Below the pieces are notes generated by a model. The model saw only the letters and a program-made list of their open reading frames with translations. It did no database searches and was not told the DNA's origin. Shown in pieces: positions 45,290 through 62,165 of a stretch of 64,000 bases of DNA. This stretch comes from the human T2T-CHM13v2.0 reference genome, Homo sapiens. The position numbers and the translations under genes are program-made. The stretch's first letter is position 1. Every line of letters begins with the position of its first letter. The stretch lies in assembly GCF_009914755.1 (NCBI RefSeq), contig NC_060926.1. One strand, 5' to 3'.

Positions 45290-45382
45290 TGGGGTGACTA
45301 ACTGTCATGGTTTTCTCACGACTGAGGGGTCTTCTTAGGAAGTAGGACTTTCAGTGCTAAAACTGGGCGGGACAGACCCTAT
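45290..45382. mobile_element. MER96-like hAT MITE remnant
   Basis: gggtgactaactgtc..ggactttcagtgctaaaactggg..accct. Confidence 0.55.
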
Positions 45383-47449
45383 GGCTGTGACTTAGTACTT
45401 CCACCTTTACTTGAAAGATTTTGTAACATTCCTTAATTTCTACTAAATCTTAGTTTTGATTCCCAAATGTTTTTAAAGATTTAGCTAGTATTACAACTCA
45501 CCACTGTTAGCAAGAGCTGTGTGCTACAACATAATGAAGAGTGTAAATTTTTCAAAGGTATTCACTTAGTCAATTTCTGTATCTATTTTTACTACTACAC
45601 AACAGAGAAGTCAGACTTATTTCAAAGATTTCAAACTTGAAAATATAAATTACCTGAAAATTTCTACAAAATCCAATTATCTCCCAAGATCTGAAGAGAA
45701 TTAATTTTATGGTAGAACTATATTTCAGTTAATTTGATTATCTACATGACTAGACAGGAATAAAGATAGGATTATTTCCAAACAACAAACATATCCTATT
45801 CATTTCTTATATTCTCATAACTTAGTACTCTATGTACTAAAAATGTATTAATCTAGATTTTCAGTCATTTAAGTATACAGTATATAAACCTACGCATCTA
45901 TACACTTAAGATATCTTGTAAATCAATTGTCAAATGAATAACTGGTTTGCATCTGCTGAGCATACATTGCCTGGATAATAGAGTCAAAACTGTTGGGATT
46001 ATCTAATAAATTATCAAAGATTTAAAAATTACAGGTAATTCTGAATTGGATACAATTTAAGAGAACAGTTAATTTCCTTTTAATTTTATAAAACAATTTA
46101 TTTCCTTTTAAACTATGAAAATCCAAGAGAGATTTCTTGTTAAGAAAATCACGTATGCATAAATGCTGAACTAGTAGCTTCTATAGGAAATTATGTTGTT
46201 AAGTCAGATGGGAACCATAATGGCCTCATCCCTGAAGCAATCATTGTTAATATAAATCCCAAACATATTTCTATATGGTTCCAATTTACTCCAATGTGTT
46301 TCACCATCCTGTCAAAATTACTAGATATCAAATAAGCAAGATTTATATGCTCAAAACTGACAAAAATCAGCGTTCTAAATATATATGGCAATTGAGAGTA
46401 GCTAAATCTACGGAATCTTTTAAATTAAAAAATATTGCCCATTCTGATGAAACTGCTTATAATGACTACAAGTAAAGATGGTGGCCATTAAGTTTTATCG
46501 TGAGCACCTGAGGAACTGTTTGCATCCAATACAAAATGTTTCTTTCTTTTGAATTACTGACACTGGCAAATTAAAATGAAGTGGATACATATGGTTGAAA
46601 CAATCTTCACATTTACTAATATCCTGAAATATCACTAAATCATAAAGACTAAAACTGTGGGTTATATATTATAAATGTTGCCTAATGCATTCCCAACTCT
46701 GTTGTTTGTTACAAATTTGTATACTATGGACAAAATTGGCCATTTATTCAAGAGTAACAGCTGGTTCCAACACTGTGCATCTTATCAAAAAAGAAGGACA
46801 TTACAAAAAGGAAAAGGCACAATTAACCTTTAAAATGCTGAAAACAAAAGAATCTCATTCTTTGGGAAAACATTTAGCAGGAAATTTACAAGCAGATAAT
46901 TTAACTACTGTTCCCGTTTTAACATTTTTATAAACTAACTAGATATCTCAATATAAAGGTTTACAACAATAAAAACGTTACACAATGCTGACATTATCTA
47001 AGAAAGAACAATAGGATCTGATACCTTAAAGGGATATCATATATTGTTAAAGGCAGTCAGCTGATTTTAAAAAGAAAAATATCATCATTAATGAACGGAG
47101 GCTGGGAAAAAAGTAGTGTTTCACCCTGTCAATCTAAGACAAAGTGTTATCCTGAGAAGATGAACAAAATATCATCAAGTACTTACAGTATATTTTAAAT
47201 TATTAGCTAATCCATTTTGTTGATCTATAGTAACGCTTAGGAAAAAAGCTAGAAACAGGAAAACTCAAACTCTCTAGATTCTAAAAAATTATACCTCTCT
47301 ACTGCATTCTATAATAACCTTACAGAAATTCTGATATTTAATCTTGAATATTAGAAGCACAGTCTCCATTTTTAAAGTAGCAGCTCAGTTCACTCTGACG
47401 GTATTTCACTGACGTAGCCTAAGGCTATAGGTAATGGAACATTACTCAC

Positions 47450-47555
47450 TATGATAGCCAGATTTCTTCTGCATGGCGGTTACAGGGCAATCTTTATGAG
47501 CCAGAAGAAGCTGTTTCAGCTGTGCCACTTCATTTCTCAGCAGGGTGACTTCACT
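47450..47555 (-). CDS. ATF2: ATF2 penultimate exon (106 nt), leucine zipper
   Basis: ttctccAG|SEVTLLRNEVAQLKQLLLAHKDCPVTAMQKKSGYH|GTGAGT. Confidence 0.97.
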
Positions 47556-48559
47556 CTGGAGAAGAAACAACTTATGTACCTTACCACAGACTAAACATAT
47601 TTTTTACTATTTAAAACAAGCAAGGATTAAAGTATAAAATTGGACATCACTGGCAGAACATTAAAAACAAAGAAAATATGCTGATTAAATATGTCTAATC
47701 AGCACAGGGCAGCTTTTATATTTTAGCATTTATTAAAAAGCTGTAACTTGAATAAAAATTTAAGATAATGCCACAGCTGGATAGCATATTTCAAAATTGT
47801 TTCCATTTCCCTGGGACTTCTTATATATTATTGGTGACCTGTTGAAAGTATTTTTATTTTATATATGTTGCATGCTCTTCTGATTATTTAAAAAGAAACA
47901 TCAAGGGAGTCAGGATGAATTTTCACTGATTCCATTCACCTAAAAATGAAAAAAATCATCCTAGAAATTCAAATAAGCAAGTTTCCAGTTTCCTAGAAAC
48001 CAAGAAAAGCTCCACAGGGGAAACCAAAATAACCAAAGAATCATGGATACCTAAAATTCACTGCAAGGCACTCTTGCTGGACACTGAAACCAATGAAACT
48101 AGATATAACATTTAAATGGCTTAGCTGCCTTTGACCCAGGCAATTTGTACACATCTAAATTTAAATCTGCTAAGTCAATGGAGATTTGTCCTAATCTTCA
48201 GAATGAGTACTTCAGCCATTGTTTGGGATACATTAATCTGGTAAAAAGTTCCAAATTGAGCAAGTCCGACTAATTCCTTTGAGTCACCCCGAATATTAAA
48301 AACACGTAAGTCAGTGATCATTACCAATACTCAAGAGTTAGAAATAATATGAATTTAATAAACTGGTAATATAAAAAATTCTTAGCTTACAAATACTTCT
48401 ACTTACTTGGACTCACACAGTAACTATAACCATTCAGATTTCATCCATGAACCAAAAAGTAAATTAGAAAATATAGCAAACAGGTGTACATAAAAGCTGA
48501 GGCATGACATTTTCTACCTTGTTTCTTAAGCAGAAAGCTGAATGTAAAATAATTTAGCA

Positions 48560-48860
48560 GGCTGACACGGTGGCTCACGCCTGTGATCCCAGCACTTTGG
48601 GAGGCCGAGGCAGTTGTATCACTTGAGGTCAGGAGTTCAAGACCAGCCTGGCCAACATGGTGAAACCCTGTCTCTACAAAAAATACAAAAATTAGTTGGG
48701 CGTGGTGGAGGGTACTTCTAATCCCAGCTACTCACTACTCTGGAGGCTGAGGCAGGAGAACTGCTTGAACCCAGGAAGCAGAGGCTGCAGTGAGGTGAGA
48801 TTGTGCCACTGTACTCCAGCCTTGGTGACAGAGTGAGACTCCGTCTCAAAAAAAATAAAT
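48560..48860 (+). mobile_element. AluS
   Basis: Dimer; TSD aaataatttagcag. Confidence 0.95.
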
Positions 48861-49640
48861 GAAATAATTTAGCAGACTTGGGCCTCCTTAAGTGATAAGT
48901 GACAGAAACATAAAAATTAAATAATAAAAGTTAAGCAATCTAAAGGCAAGTCTATTGGGTCAAACAGTTCCTCACACCCCAATAACAATGAACTACATCA
49001 CTGTATTTAAGTACAGAACAAAAATTGATGCTCATAATAACTCTAAACCGTTAATTAAAAGATTAAATGATTTAGAATATTGTATTTGAGGCAAGAATGG
49101 GTAGATAGTAATCAAAGTACAAAAGGTAAAATTTAAAACAGTTTGGCTTGAAAAGATAAGCTGTCATTTAGGAAACACCTTCTCCAACTGGTGTCAATAC
49201 TGCTAATTATAGTTCAGTATAAATGACACTATTGATGAAACCATGTTATGAATAATCCAATGTATATTACCCAATGTATATTACCCATCCTGTCAGCTTG
49301 ATTTTGAGACTGATGTCTACAAGTTTCTCTCATTAAATCCTGTAACAGGAAATGGGCTGGATATTTATTTTTACTCAAGAATATACAATCTTTTACAATC
49401 TGGTGATGGTGAACATAATGATTTTCAACTCTCACTGCTCTTCCAACATACTCTATCCTTTAACACCAAACACTAGTGATGCTTCAAGCCTCTCATACCC
49501 TTGCTACCTTCACATTAGTTTGAACCATATGAAATAACCAGTATTTGTCTTGACTTACAAAAGTAAGTTTGAAATTGCTAGCTAAATACATACCGTTGTC
49601 TTTATCCCCTCTTCTTTGTCTTGCTAAATATTTTATTTAA

Positions 49641-51459
<1,819 letters not shown>

Positions 51460-52043
51460 AGAATGCATAGGAAAATAAGTTAGGTGCCTATTTCTGGGTT
51501 CCCACAGCCACATACTTTTGTGTGTATACATATAGATCTCTTCCATAGTACTTATCACACTGGATTGTAACTTTTGGTGTACTTGCTTGCTACCTCTACC
51601 AGACTGGGAATTTCTTGAAGGCAGAACATATCTTTTCCTTGGTATCCCCAGAGCACAGCACATTGCCTGATATGGACTGAGTAGACAGACATATTTTAGA
51701 GAGGACCACGTAATTCTATGTCTAGGAGGTAAAAAATATCAAAGAAGGTGAAATGAAAAAGCTTAAATAATATGAATCTGGTCAGAGGTCCTAACTTCAT
51801 CATTTATAGCAATAATCTCACCAATACAGCTACACTGTTAATTTTCTCAGTTATGTAAATTGGCATATTATGTAGTATCACCTCAATTACGGAACTCTAA
51901 AAATCACAAATGTCTTCTCTCTGAAACACTCTATACATTCATAATAAACCGTATTATGTAACAAAATGCTATATGTGACAAAAGTACTGAAAGTGTTATG
52001 TGTTGGCTAGCTAAGTGATATAAAATAAGTGATTTAAATATAG

Positions 52044-52339
52044 ACTGGGTGTGGTGGCTCATGCCTGTAATCCCAGAACTTTGGGAGACTGAGGCGGGCA
52101 GATAACTTGAGGTCAGGAGTTTAAGACCAGCCTGGCCAACGTGGTGAAACCCTGTCTCTACTAAAAATATAAGAATTAGCTGGGTCTGGTGGCGCATGCC
52201 TGTAATCCCAGCGACTTGGAAGGCTGAGGCAGGAGAACTGCTTGAATTCAAGAGGTGGAGGTTGCACCACTGCATTCCAGCCTGGGCTACAGAGTGAGAC
52301 TCAAGTCTCAAAAAAATAAAATAAATAAATAAATACATA

Positions 52340-52340
<1 letters not shown>
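52044..52340 (+). mobile_element. AluS
   Basis: Dimer with (TAAA)n tail. Confidence 0.93.

Positions 52341-52343
<3 letters not shown>

Positions 52344-52382
<39 letters not shown>
52344..52382. repeat. (CA)n microsatellite
   Basis: ~19 perfect CA units. Confidence 0.97.
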
Positions 52383-52384
<2 letters not shown>

Positions 52385-53359
52385 TTCTCTCTTTAAATAG
52401 ACAGGTCTGAAACTGATGAACAGGACATCAATTTCTACATTTCAAACTTAACGGTTGGTGGTATTCAGACTGTTGATCTAATTAGACTACCTGGTTTACT
52501 AACATATAGTTGTAACATGAAGATGCCAGTAGCTAGGAAAGGTTAATGAACATCAAGGACTGAAGAGGTACAGTACTTGATTCTTGCTACAACGTATATT
52601 TGTGCTAACTGAATTTTAATTGGCATTAACTTGGGGAAACAATGGAAAAGGCCAAGAAGAAGAAATTAAAAATAAAAACTTTTGCACATTCTTTTATTTT
52701 TTAATTTGTTACTCTTTGTTTTAAAAACTCTGCACATTCTTATATATAAATTTGCATGTATCTAAAAGGTATAATATACAAGCATGCTGTAAATTATATT
52801 TATCCAAAATTCAAATAACCAATTTTTTCCACTACACCTTTTAAATGGCAGAAATGGTTAAGAAATAAACCAACAAATTCAAGGTCTGCACAATACAAAT
52901 TCAGTCCAATTTTTTACATTGTCCTGATCTAAAATGTTTTACAGTAACATTTTCCTAATGATGATTCTGAAGCTCAAAAGTGACTTTTGGATGACAGGTT
53001 ACAAATTAAATATAACTTGTATTATTACTGTACTCTAATAGTCGATTTCATTAAAAGATGGTATCACCACTAGATTAAAAGCAGCAAATGAGACACAATT
53101 ACTGGCTAGGAATTGGGACTGAGAGAAATACTGCAAAGCAAACATAGCTGGAGTGCAGTTTAGGCATGAGGGTGGGCCAAACCTTTAAGAAGTGGATTAG
53201 TTGAGCTGTACAGCCCTAGTAAGTATAAGCATATGCTAGTGGTCAAGACCAGGTCAAGCGTGGGTTGGAAATAGGATGCTCATGCTGGTAAAGGTTTTAT
53301 AACTGAATTAGTTAGAAGAGACAAAAGCTGAGTGGTTCCTAAGTCATATATATATACAC

Positions 53360-53493
53360 ATTTATTTATTTTAGTAGAGATGGGGTTTCACCATGTTGGC
53401 CACGCTGGTCTTGAACTCCCAGCCTCAAGTGATCTACCTGCCTCAGCCTCCCAAAGTGCTGGAATTACAGGAGTGAGCCACTGCTCCTGGCCT
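53360..53493 (-). mobile_element. Alu left-arm fragment
   Basis: tagtagagatggggtttcaccatgttggcc..gagccactgctcctggcc. Confidence 0.9.
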
Positions 53494-55334
53494 CATTTAT
53501 GATAAATATAGTAAATTCAACAAACTACTCCAAGCATTCAAGAATTTTAATCTCATAAAGAAAATACTGTATTTCTAAAAATAAAGATAGGCATGATTTA
53601 TTACTATTCAGATAAGATGGCTGCATAAGTCCTGATTTTAATTCTGAAATCTTTCTATTAAGAAAGATCAGAAGACAGGTAGACAGAGAGAAGGGGCTGC
53701 TACACAAATATAATGGGAAGACTCCTTAAGTTTCTATACACAGAGACCTCAGAATATAAAAACAGAGGTTACACACACACACAAAACCAGTCTGCTTAAG
53801 CCAAAATAAATATCAAGGGGATGTTCAGCCACAAAAAGACTTAATATTAAATGAAAAAAAAATGTATACCTCTTACTATTTTGTGGATTATTTTAGACTA
53901 GATTTTAGTTGGATTCAGCCTCCAAAGTCCTTCTGGTTGTACTATCTACTATTTGTGAGTTAGTATACTTGCAGGATATGTTAGTTATCTTCCTGGGTCA
54001 TTCTGAAGATGAAGTAAAATAAGGGATATAAAAGCATTTTGAAAATGTGAAAGTCCCATTCAAATGTGAGAAATCATCACTTTGTCAAAGTAAAACATAT
54101 TTGGCAAGATGGAACAGATGCTAAAAGAAATTATTATTCTGGTCTAAAATCTAATGTAAATTATTTTGTCATTATCTCTACCACCGCTCCACTCTAATAA
54201 TGTGGCTACTCAAAGGTTAATTACATAGCAGCAGACAAATTTTTCTTACATTGTCTATGTAATGTAAATCAGCCTGCTGAAATCATCACACGATAGCCAA
54301 CTGACTAATCAATCGAAACTTTTATTGATATTTGGCCATGAATATCAGGTATTCCCTAAATTTATGATCTTTGACTTTCTACTTCAGCCATTACCCCCAA
54401 AAATAAAGAAACAGTATGAATAGTTTCTTATTTTGCGGAATTTCTCATTGCTATGAATTTTTAAAATGTTTAAGCCTCACAAAAGGCAGTTAAGTATCAA
54501 GTTTCCCTCCACACAGTTCCAAGGGTTATCGTGGAATGTAAAACCTTACATATGAAAACAAACTAGTTTTTAAAAAATTTATATTTTTAACAGAAAAAAA
54601 GACAAGAGTTCTCACTAGAGCTACAAAATATTTTGGAAACACTTTGCAAAATGAATGGGAATGACTCCTTTCCTATTCTCACACTTTAATTACTTGTTTC
54701 ATGTCTGTCTCCTCTGCCACAAATTCTGTAAGTGCAAAGACAATGTCTTTTTCGCTGTTATCCACATCTAATAATATGCCTTGCACATAATAGATGCATA
54801 ATGACAGAATGAAAAATAACTAGCATTTGCACAGTGTAGTTACAACACTGTTCTATACCTTATTTCAGTTGCTTTTCATAATAGTACTTATTCTATCAGT
54901 TTGACGGAAAAACAAAGGCTTAGGAAGATTCTTAGTAAAAGCTTCAAATGTAAGTATTAGATCTCAAACTCAGAATAAAATGCATGAGATGATGGCAGCT
55001 ACACTAATACCCCTTTCTTTCATCTAGAATATAGTTAAAAACTCAGTGGAAAAACGTGGAAGATAGATCATAGAATTCAGAAATTAAATCAAAAAGGTAT
55101 TATAATGTATCTTCCAATTATTGCTATTTTTTCCTATTTCAAGTGATAAATACTGAAATAAAATATTGTCTGGTACCAGAAATAAAAGATTTAATCTCAT
55201 TTTCTATAAGTCAACGGACCAATAAAACCTTTTCCACATCATTAACTTATGAGTAAATAATTCTCTAGCTATAAAAGTGTGCTTTCATTAATTTATTGTG
55301 CTTCCACTCCACACACATTTTGCAGTATCTAAGT

Positions 55335-55437
55335 TATTAGGTTGGTGCAAACGGAATCACAGTTTTTGCCATTAAAAGTATGTTTTGCCGTTACCTTTAA
55401 TGGCAAAAGCTGCGATTCTGTTTGCACCAACCTAATA
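55335..55437. mobile_element. MADE1 (Hsmar1-derived MITE) palindrome
   Basis: TA-flanked TIRs ttaggttggtgcaaa ... tttgcaccaacctaa. Confidence 0.93.
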
Positions 55438-55683
55438 TAACAGCCAAATCCACACAAAAATAATTATCAAGTTGTACCCACAGAGTAACTGTTAAGCAGC
55501 TACTGTTAGTAAAGAAAAGGAATCTGCTTTTTGTTCATAAGGAAACATGCTACATTTATAAACTGAAAATTAACCCCCATAATGAGCATAACTGCAAGAC
55601 AAAGCTATAAACAGGTAAAAACCATTTCAAGTAAAAGATAACAAAATTAACAAAATAGATATTACTTTAAAAATACAGTAATT

Positions 55684-55999
<316 letters not shown>

Positions 56000-56799
56000 T
56001 CAATTTTTGGTCTAGATTACCATAAATGTCTCTAATATAATTTGATGAAATTGCTCTTTTAGCAATGATTTGGGAAAACTAAAACATGATTAAATTTAGT
56101 GAATGCGGCAATAAGGTTGAATATATTTTAAGGCCTAATATGTATTTGGTAAAAATATGAACAATCATACCTCAACACTTGTTAAACCTTGTATTACATA
56201 TAAAATATATAAGTAAACTATGGGTCATTACAGCCCACTACACTGATCAGCTAAGCCTACATGTCACATGAAGGATCATCAAGGAAATACAGAATTGATT
56301 AATGTTTTCACATAAAGTAGGGTTTAATTATTTCTCTGACATTCAATTTTCTTTACAAGTCATTCTGTTCTTCACAGTTAACGGTTTTGCTGTTGGCAGA
56401 CTGAAAGAAATTTTTCTCCCTGAATCTATTATAGGCATGTTAACTCTTCACATTCTGAAAGCTACAATCTGTCACTTTTAAAAAACTTATTTTACTTGAC
56501 AAATAAGTAGAAAACAACAAAAAGTCAAAATAATATATTGACTTGAAGCAATAACAGAAAGTCATCATTGAAGTACCCTTTCTTCCCAAACCATCCATGC
56601 TCTCAATTCCCTCCTCACCATCGTTTGCACCTTGGTACATGTCATTTCTAAAATGCTACCTATACTTACGGAGTCATTTCTATACCAGTTCCTATACCTA
56701 TACATTTACCCATCTAACTGTAAACCTTTTTATTAATAAGAAAGCATTATGCTTTATTAAGCATAATAATAATGCTTAATTTAGATGTAACTGACCTTT

Positions 56800-57230
56800 T
56801 TTCGTAATTTACCAAGGTGAGATTCATATAACATAAAGGTAATCAGTTTAAACTGGCATTTAGTGCATTCACAATGTTGTGCAACTACCACCCTCTGTCT
56901 AGTAACAAAATATTTCCATCGCTCCAAAGTAAAACCCTTACCCACTAAGCAGTTTCTCCTTATTCTCCCTCCCCCATTAATATGCCATCTCTCTCTATGG
57001 ATTTATTTATTCTGGGTATTTCACATAAATGGAATGATACAACATCTGATGTTTGTTCTATATTCTTTCACTTAACATAATGTTTTGAGGTTCATCTACA
57101 CTGTAGCATATACTTCATTCCTTTTTATGGTGGAATAATATTCCATTGTACATATAAACCACAACTTGTCTATCCATTCATCTTGGATGGACATTTGGGC
57201 TGTTTCCAACAACTTTCTTTTTGCCCATAC
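56800..57230 (-). mobile_element. L1MB-type 3' end
   Basis: cattcacaatgttgtgcaac..ataaatggaatgatacaa..gatggacatttgggctgtttcc. Confidence 0.8.
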
Positions 57231-58365
57231 AAATATATATATTATAGATATTTTCCCAGGTTAATATAAATAGATGGATATAATGCTTTTTCTTTTTTGG
57301 AGAAGTATTGTAAGTAAAATCCTTGATAATATATCATTTTGGATCCTATTTTAAAATGCATTTCTAAATCTAAGATGATGCCATCATCACCCAGCTTTTA
57401 ATGGTCAAAAATACTGGTTTTACTTCTTCTGTACATAATTTGAGGTATTAACTAAACTCAAGTTCAAATGTAGAGCTTAATTTAGTGATTTCCTAAATTT
57501 AGCTTTCATTTAATAGTCTCATGCTTCAAAAAATGATGTCAGCAAACTTCTACCTAATGATAAATCTTATCTTTATTTCTCCAATCAAAAAACTTCTACC
57601 CAAATTAGGAAGTATATACAAAGCACTGCTACAATAATGACATTTTAATCATAGACTGTGTGACAGAAAAAACATGAAATAAATGGAGTCAAGATTATAT
57701 TTATTTTGAATACTTAATTTTCCATGGTTTTCTGCAATAATAAAGGGCTAATAGTGGTAACCAGTGCTGCAGTGTAACTATGGAAACAGCAATATCTCAT
57801 TAAAAGGTATTAAGATTGCTCTAAAATGGGTCAAAGCAGAAAACTTGCCCAGCTTAAAATCCCTGTAAATAATAACATATATGTATGTACTACTTCATAG
57901 TTTTCAGGTACTTTTACTTCTTAAATAAGGCATAATAAGCCAAATTACAAAGGAAAATAATGGTAAATTTGTCTTACTAGTTAAAATTTTCTGTACGAAG
58001 AAACCCTTGAATTGACTGATTTATGTAACAATACAGAGAAGTGGTATTACCACATCTATTCTACAGGTAAGACAACTGAAGACAACAGTGATTGTGTTTT
58101 ATGTCATACAACTATAAAATAGCAGGTCATTCAGAAGATTTTGTTAGTTAAGAACAGAAAAAAAATACACATACCTAAATCACTTTGTTCATGTAATATT
58201 TGAAAATTTAAATAATAATAAATATTCTAACAGACTTGATATAAAATAGCCATTTTTGCAGCATAAATTAGTACCTACAGTCTGTACTATTAAAAAAAAA
58301 GAAAATTTAGAAATGTTTTCTAAAAATTTCTGAAACATTCTGGATTAAAAATTTATCAGATGATG

Positions 58366-58663
<298 letters not shown>

Positions 58664-59844
58664 TTATCAGATGATAAATGATAAAATATATTTCTTAATA
58701 AACCCTAGAAGATAAGCACATATTTTAAGTCTATGTGATGTGGTAAGTTGTATTAAAATTTTCTTCTAAATCATTAAAATAAAATCGTTAAAAATAAGTT
58801 CTGCAAGACAATCTATTTGTTCTATCATGTCAATATTCAAAGCAAAATAAAGACTTAAAGATGTCTGCTTCACATTAAAAAAATTTAAATTATAAAACTT
58901 ACATTTGGTTAAATGCTATGTCTGATGCTAAAAACTGTTTCCTAACCATTTAAACAGACAACTATATTGGTGATATCTTAAAGACAGATTTAAGAAGACA
59001 GCAGGTCTCTTACCATCAATTATGATTATACAGAAAGATTCACTTTTAACTGGGTATGGATAATTCAGAAGATTGAGCTAGACTAATAACTGCAATTCAT
59101 TAACATCAATTTTCTGGTTGATACTTATCAGTTGGCAGTTTAAGATTATATAGGAGAATATTTACGTTAAAAAACACAACAAAAACAAAAGGAAGGAAGA
59201 AAAACAAAGGAAACAGATTCGGTGCTGCCTTAAAACTTTATACTCCATGAGGTTTTAAGAAATGTATCTGAGGCACATTGGCAGGGCAGTATGAAATGAT
59301 CTGTACTGCCACTGGCCATATTGTACCTGGTCTGTGGATAATTAGAGTCCTTCAGTTTCCAAAGCTGTCAATCTGGCACCTTTCACGAGCAATATATTCA
59401 CTTTAAATAAAACAAAACAGAACAAAATTTATAATTCAAAGAATGAAATAATTTAAAAATAAAAACTGCTACTGAAGAAACTTATAGTTGTGCTATAAAC
59501 CAAAAAAATAGACAAGAAAAGTGAAATAACAGTGATATTTTTAAATTTTAAAATTCTCTGCACTTTATATCACAACTTTATAAAGTTCAAACCGGATAGT
59601 TTAGCTACTTTTGTACACAGGTAAACACATTTTAAATTTCTTCACTGTATCAGTGTTGAAAGTTTTATATTATTTCATCTCAGCATCCAAACAAACAGGT
59701 TTACAAAACTATGATTTACTATAGATTCCATACACACCCAATATCATGTCCTAAAATGTTTGGAGGCCCAACTAGGAAAAAAAAAATCTATGTTCACAAT
59801 TATTAAAAAAGAAATAAAACAAAATTCACATATATGCACCATAC

Positions 59845-60051
59845 CTGCAGCTGACCATTTAATGAACTCAAGTCTTCAGCTTTCTTCTCTAAAGACTGAA
59901 CCCAGACTTTCCTTTTTTGTCGGCATCTTGAAGCTGCTGCTCTATTTCGCTCTAAAAACTTTCTCCTTTTTTCATCAGGATCTTCGTTAGCTGCTCTTCT
60001 CCGACGACCACTTGTACTTTGGGTCTGTGGAGTTGTGTGAGCTGGAGAAGC
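59845..60051 (-). CDS. ATF2: ATF2 exon (207 nt) encoding the bZIP basic region and start of the zipper
   Basis: aatAG|[69 protein letters not shown]|GTATGG; missed by the ORF track. Confidence 0.98.
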
Positions 60052-60836
60052 CTATTATAAACAGAGATGAAAGCCTGTTATATTTGTATCTAGTGAGTGA
60101 ATTAACATAGGCAGTAAAGGGTGTCAAAGGGGGAGAGCAACTGTATTTTCTAAGTCTTGTTGAATACATCAGTATGTTGGGGCAATATGAAAATCACCCT
60201 GTGGTTTAACTTCCTTCTTGAATATACTTATGTTATGAGCTATGCTATAACACAATTCTCACTAATGCAATGTCACAGCAAATGTATTCTTTATGTATAA
60301 TATTTTCATTTACATACAAATATGAAAAAATTTAAAATACAATACAAATGATATATAGAAATATTTTTCCAAGTATATTTTAACAGATTTTATTATATTA
60401 TTAAATCCCTGGAAAACTGATTATAAATTTCTCAAAACGTTTAATAACTTCCTATTTAAATTCATGATAGAAAACCATGATTTCTATGCTATTTTTAAAT
60501 TAAATATCTCACATTAAATGCCAATTTTCTTAAAATTTGTTTCTCTAAAGTTATGGAGTGAAAATATATATATTCTTTGGTATATTCAGCTTTTCTTCAG
60601 TTTGTGAAATTTAGGGTCAGTCTTTTTCTAAGGGTCAAGTTCTTATATTTATTAATACTCATTTTTCTGGTAGGGAGAATCCCACAGGAGCCTTAATTTT
60701 CATTTTAATTGTTCCCTCTGCTCCCCAATGAATCAGCTTGGTTATCTCAGATTAGTAAGAGAAAGAAATCTTCAGTCACTAGTAATATTGTCTAGTGTAT
60801 AAGACTATAAAACAATAGGTATCTTCAAGTCTTTCA

Positions 60837-61222
<386 letters not shown>

Positions 61223-61528
61223 AAATGAGCTCTTGGAAATGGTGCAGAGAAAAGAACACTTTATGGCTACAGGCACACAATCCAAAGGAGAAGCCTGAAA
61301 ACAATCTTTTACCTATAATTTATTATATTTAAAAATGGTATGCACAAATAAAATTTGTTTTCTCCTAATCTATGTAATACAAGTCTTATATAAAGCTCAA
61401 GATAAATTCTGCAGGTAAATTACCAAACTATTTTTCACTCTAACAAATTCCAAAAAATAAAGTTATCATTTCTTTGTCCAAATAACTAGCATTACAAAGA
61501 GAGTTATTTCATGTATAAAGTATTTCAC

Positions 61529-61735
61529 GCCTGGGCAACATAGCAAAACCTCATCTCTACAAATAATTTAAAAAATTAGCCAAGTGCGGTGGCATGTGCT
61601 TGTGGTCCTAGTTACTCAAGAGGCTGAGGTGGGAGAGGATTGCTTGAGCCTGGGAAGTCGAGGCTGCAGTGAGCCATGATCGCACCACTGTACTCCGCAT
61701 GGGCAACAGAGGAAGATCCCGTCTCAAAAAAGAAA
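61529..61735 (+). mobile_element. AluJ, 5' truncated
   Basis: Starts at gcctgggcaacatagc. Confidence 0.9.
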
Positions 61736-61877
61736 TATTTTAATTGTAATAAAGATTAAGCATTTAAATTAGAGCGTTTATTTTACTTACATAATTGCAA
61801 CTTAATGTTTTAGAAAAATATTTCTATGGCTGGCTTCAAGATTTGCAATCTTGAAATTTTTTTCTTCATCCTCCTAT

Positions 61878-62165
61878 TTTTCTTTTTCTTTTTTTTTTTG
61901 AGATGGAGTCTCGCTCTGTGGCCCAGGCTGGAGTGCAATGACGTGATCTTGGCTCACTACAACTTCCGCCTCCTGGGTTCCAAGTGATTCTCCTACTCAG
62001 CCTCCCGAGTAGCTCGGATTACAGGTGCCCACCACCACACCCAGCTTAATTTTTGTATTTTTAGTAGAGACGGGGTTTCACCAGGTTGTGGTCTCGAACT
62101 CCTGACCTCAGGTGATCCACCCGCCTCAGGCTCCCAAAGTGCTGGGATTATAGGCGTGAGCCACA
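61878..62165 (-). mobile_element. AluS
   Basis: TSD cctcctatttttct. Confidence 0.95.
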
